Shown: positions 62,750 to 64,000 of the stretch, one piece after another
Position numbering within the stretch: position 1 is the stretch's first letter
Layout of the letters: every line of letters begins with the position of its first letter
Origin: Candidatus Heimdallarchaeota archaeon
Lineage (GTDB): Archaea; Asgardarchaeota; Heimdallarchaeia; Heimdallarchaeales; Heimdallarchaeaceae
Direction: 5' to 3'
Assembly (NCBI GenBank): GCA_030603365.1
Contig: JAUVXV010000001.1
Span: 32,001 to 96,000, forward strand
DNA length: 64,000 nt
The notes under the pieces: generated by a model
Databases searched by the model: none
Seen by the model: the letters and a program-made list of their open reading frames with translations, nothing else
Told to the model about the DNA's origin: nothing
Translations under genes and position numbers: made by a program

Positions 62750-62907
62750 GATACCTATTACAGCGCTTTATTTAATCATTTTTTTAATTGGTTAGAACAA
62801 GTGCTTAATCGCTTGGTTAAACAGTTTTAATTTCAAAGTAGAGAGAATAAACCATATAGCTTAACATTAAACCAAACTGTCTGAAAAAAAGTATAGAAAG
62901 AAAAGAA

Positions 62908-63034
62908 TGGTGCGGGGAGGGAGATTCGAACTCCCGAACCACTAAGGAACGGATTTCTCATTTTTTCTAACCCTTATCTTAGGCTTAAACCAAGATCTTA
63001 AGTCCGCCGCCGTTGGCCACTTGGCTATCCCCGC
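62908..63034 (-). tRNA. tRNA-Leu(TAA) with 42-nt intron at 37/38 (62955-62996)
   Basis: Cloverleaf with encoded CCA; BHB helix CTTA/TGAG; 3' exon identical to tRNA-Leu(CAA). Confidence 0.95.
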
Positions 63035-63114
63035 TTTGAAATTTAATTCACTTGCTATTATTATGAAACATGTTCATTTTTTAAGATTTTTCATGTTGAT
63101 TGAATTATTAACTA

Positions 63115-64000
63115 TTATGGATGTAACCTTGATGGATCTCTTGGAAGCAATCTTGCTTCTCGAACATTTTGTAAATTCAACACTTTTTGTACAAATCTTT
63201 CTATTCCTGTACCACTCCCACCATGAGGTGGAGCTCCATTTCTAAAGAATTGAAGGTAACTGTCTACTTCTTTCAATTTGAAGTCTTTTTCAGTAGCCTG
63301 TTTAGTTAGAATGTCCACCCTATGCTCTCTTTGTCCACCTGTTGTTAGTTCTTGCCCTTTGTATAAGAGGTCAAAAGATTTTGTCAAATTAGGATCTTCA
63401 TCATCTTTCATAGTATAAAATGGTCTTACTTCCCATGGGTATTGATCAACAAATACAAAATCGGAATTCCATTTTTCCTTTGCATACTGACCAATTATCT
63501 TCTCTGCTTCTGCATCTAAATCTTCATACAATCCAAGTTCTTTTCCTTCATTACTTAAAATCTCATTACACTTTGGAATAGAGATTATGGGCCATTCTTT
63601 TGGTTGTTTATCAATTACAACATCTAATTCTTCTAACACTGCTCCTTTGGTTTTACTTATTGTATCTAAAGCATAATCTACTGCACCTTGAAGAACTTTC
63701 ATTACATCAAGTTGATTTTTAATGTACGATATCTCAAAATCGATGGAAGTATACTCGCAAAGATGTCTTGAAGTATGATGTTTTTCAGCTCTAAAGACAG
63801 GTCCAATTTCAAATACTTTCTCGAATCCTGCCATTAACATCATCTGTTTGTAGAACTGTGGTGATTGAGCCAAGTATGCTTTCTTATCAAAATAACTTAT
63901 CTCAAAGACATTCGCTCCACTTTCAGTTGCAGAACCCACAATTTTAGCGGAAAAGAATTGCAGAAAATTGTTTTTGTTGAAATATTCTTGCAATGAATAG
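63115..64000 (-). CDS. aspS: Archaeal-type aspartyl-tRNA synthetase, 3' part; 5' end outside window
   Basis: YLAQSPQFYKQ, FRAE, GGQREHR, PPHGGSGTGIER, PRDP.RL.P. Confidence 0.95.
   Translation of the reverse strand, partial: YSLQEYFNKNNFLQFFSAKIVGSATESGANVFEISYFDKKAYLAQSPQFYKQMMLMAGFEKVFEIGPVFRAEKHHTSRHLCEYTSIDFEISYIKNQLDVMKVLQGAVDYALDTISKTKGAVLEELDVVIDKQPKEWPIISIPKCNEILSNEGKELGLYEDLDAEAEKIIGQYAKEKWNSDFVFVDQYPWEVRPFYTMKDDEDPNLTKSFDLLYKGQELTTGGQREHRVDILTKQATEKDFKLKEVDSYLQFFRNGAPPHGGSGTGIERFVQKVLNLQNVREARLLPRDPSRLHP

Noticed and set aside
14565-63034. The two tRNA-Leu copies as attL/attR of a 48-kb element
   Set aside because: Both are complete genes with different anticodons and the interval is mostly core genes.
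532-63245. Numerous short antisense or nested ORFs in the track (e.g. 532-762, 4549-4923, 25876-26235, 59658-60110, 61118-61528, 63021-63245)
   Set aside because: They overlap well-supported genes or tRNAs and have no recognisable motifs.
1-64000. CRISPR array, rRNA, IS transposase, intein
   Set aside because: No regularly spaced repeats, rRNA signatures, transposase motifs or intein insertions seen by eye.

Overview
AT-rich archaeal chromosomal window, most consistent with an Asgard archaeon (Heimdallarchaeia-like). This is an inference from the informational gene set (eL38, RPA3-like, PINA, GINS) and from surface proteins with C-terminal anchors. Most of the window is housekeeping: glmU-like/glmS/PGI-PMI, PAN, MBF1, TFS-RPA3-PCNA-GINS, TFE, scattered A/V-ATPase subunits, csl4-rpoL, aIF2alpha-Nop10, ksgA-rpoF-eL21-pus10-srp54 and aspS. 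There are three good tRNAs, two of them intron-containing tRNA-Leu. The main discovery is a ~15.5 kb island (~33635-49101) inserted inside atpD. The displaced original 5' end of atpD survives as an unannotated 39-aa ORF at 49087-49206, and the island supplies a synonymously diverged replacement 5' end and promoter that restore the gene. The island has no recognisable stand-alone integrase. It carries a translationally coupled wHTH/PD-(D/E)XK nuclease + Hanks kinase + putative beta-like TIM-barrel module (candidate defence system, with an operator palindrome), a TFB-like pseudogene, caspase-like and subtilase proteases and a 2268-aa membrane protein. Outside the island there is an unidentified ~320-nt structured RNA back-to-back with a degenerate tRNA, a membrane-anchored proline-rich protein, a DPM2-like membrane protein and a tandem bactofilin-like pair.
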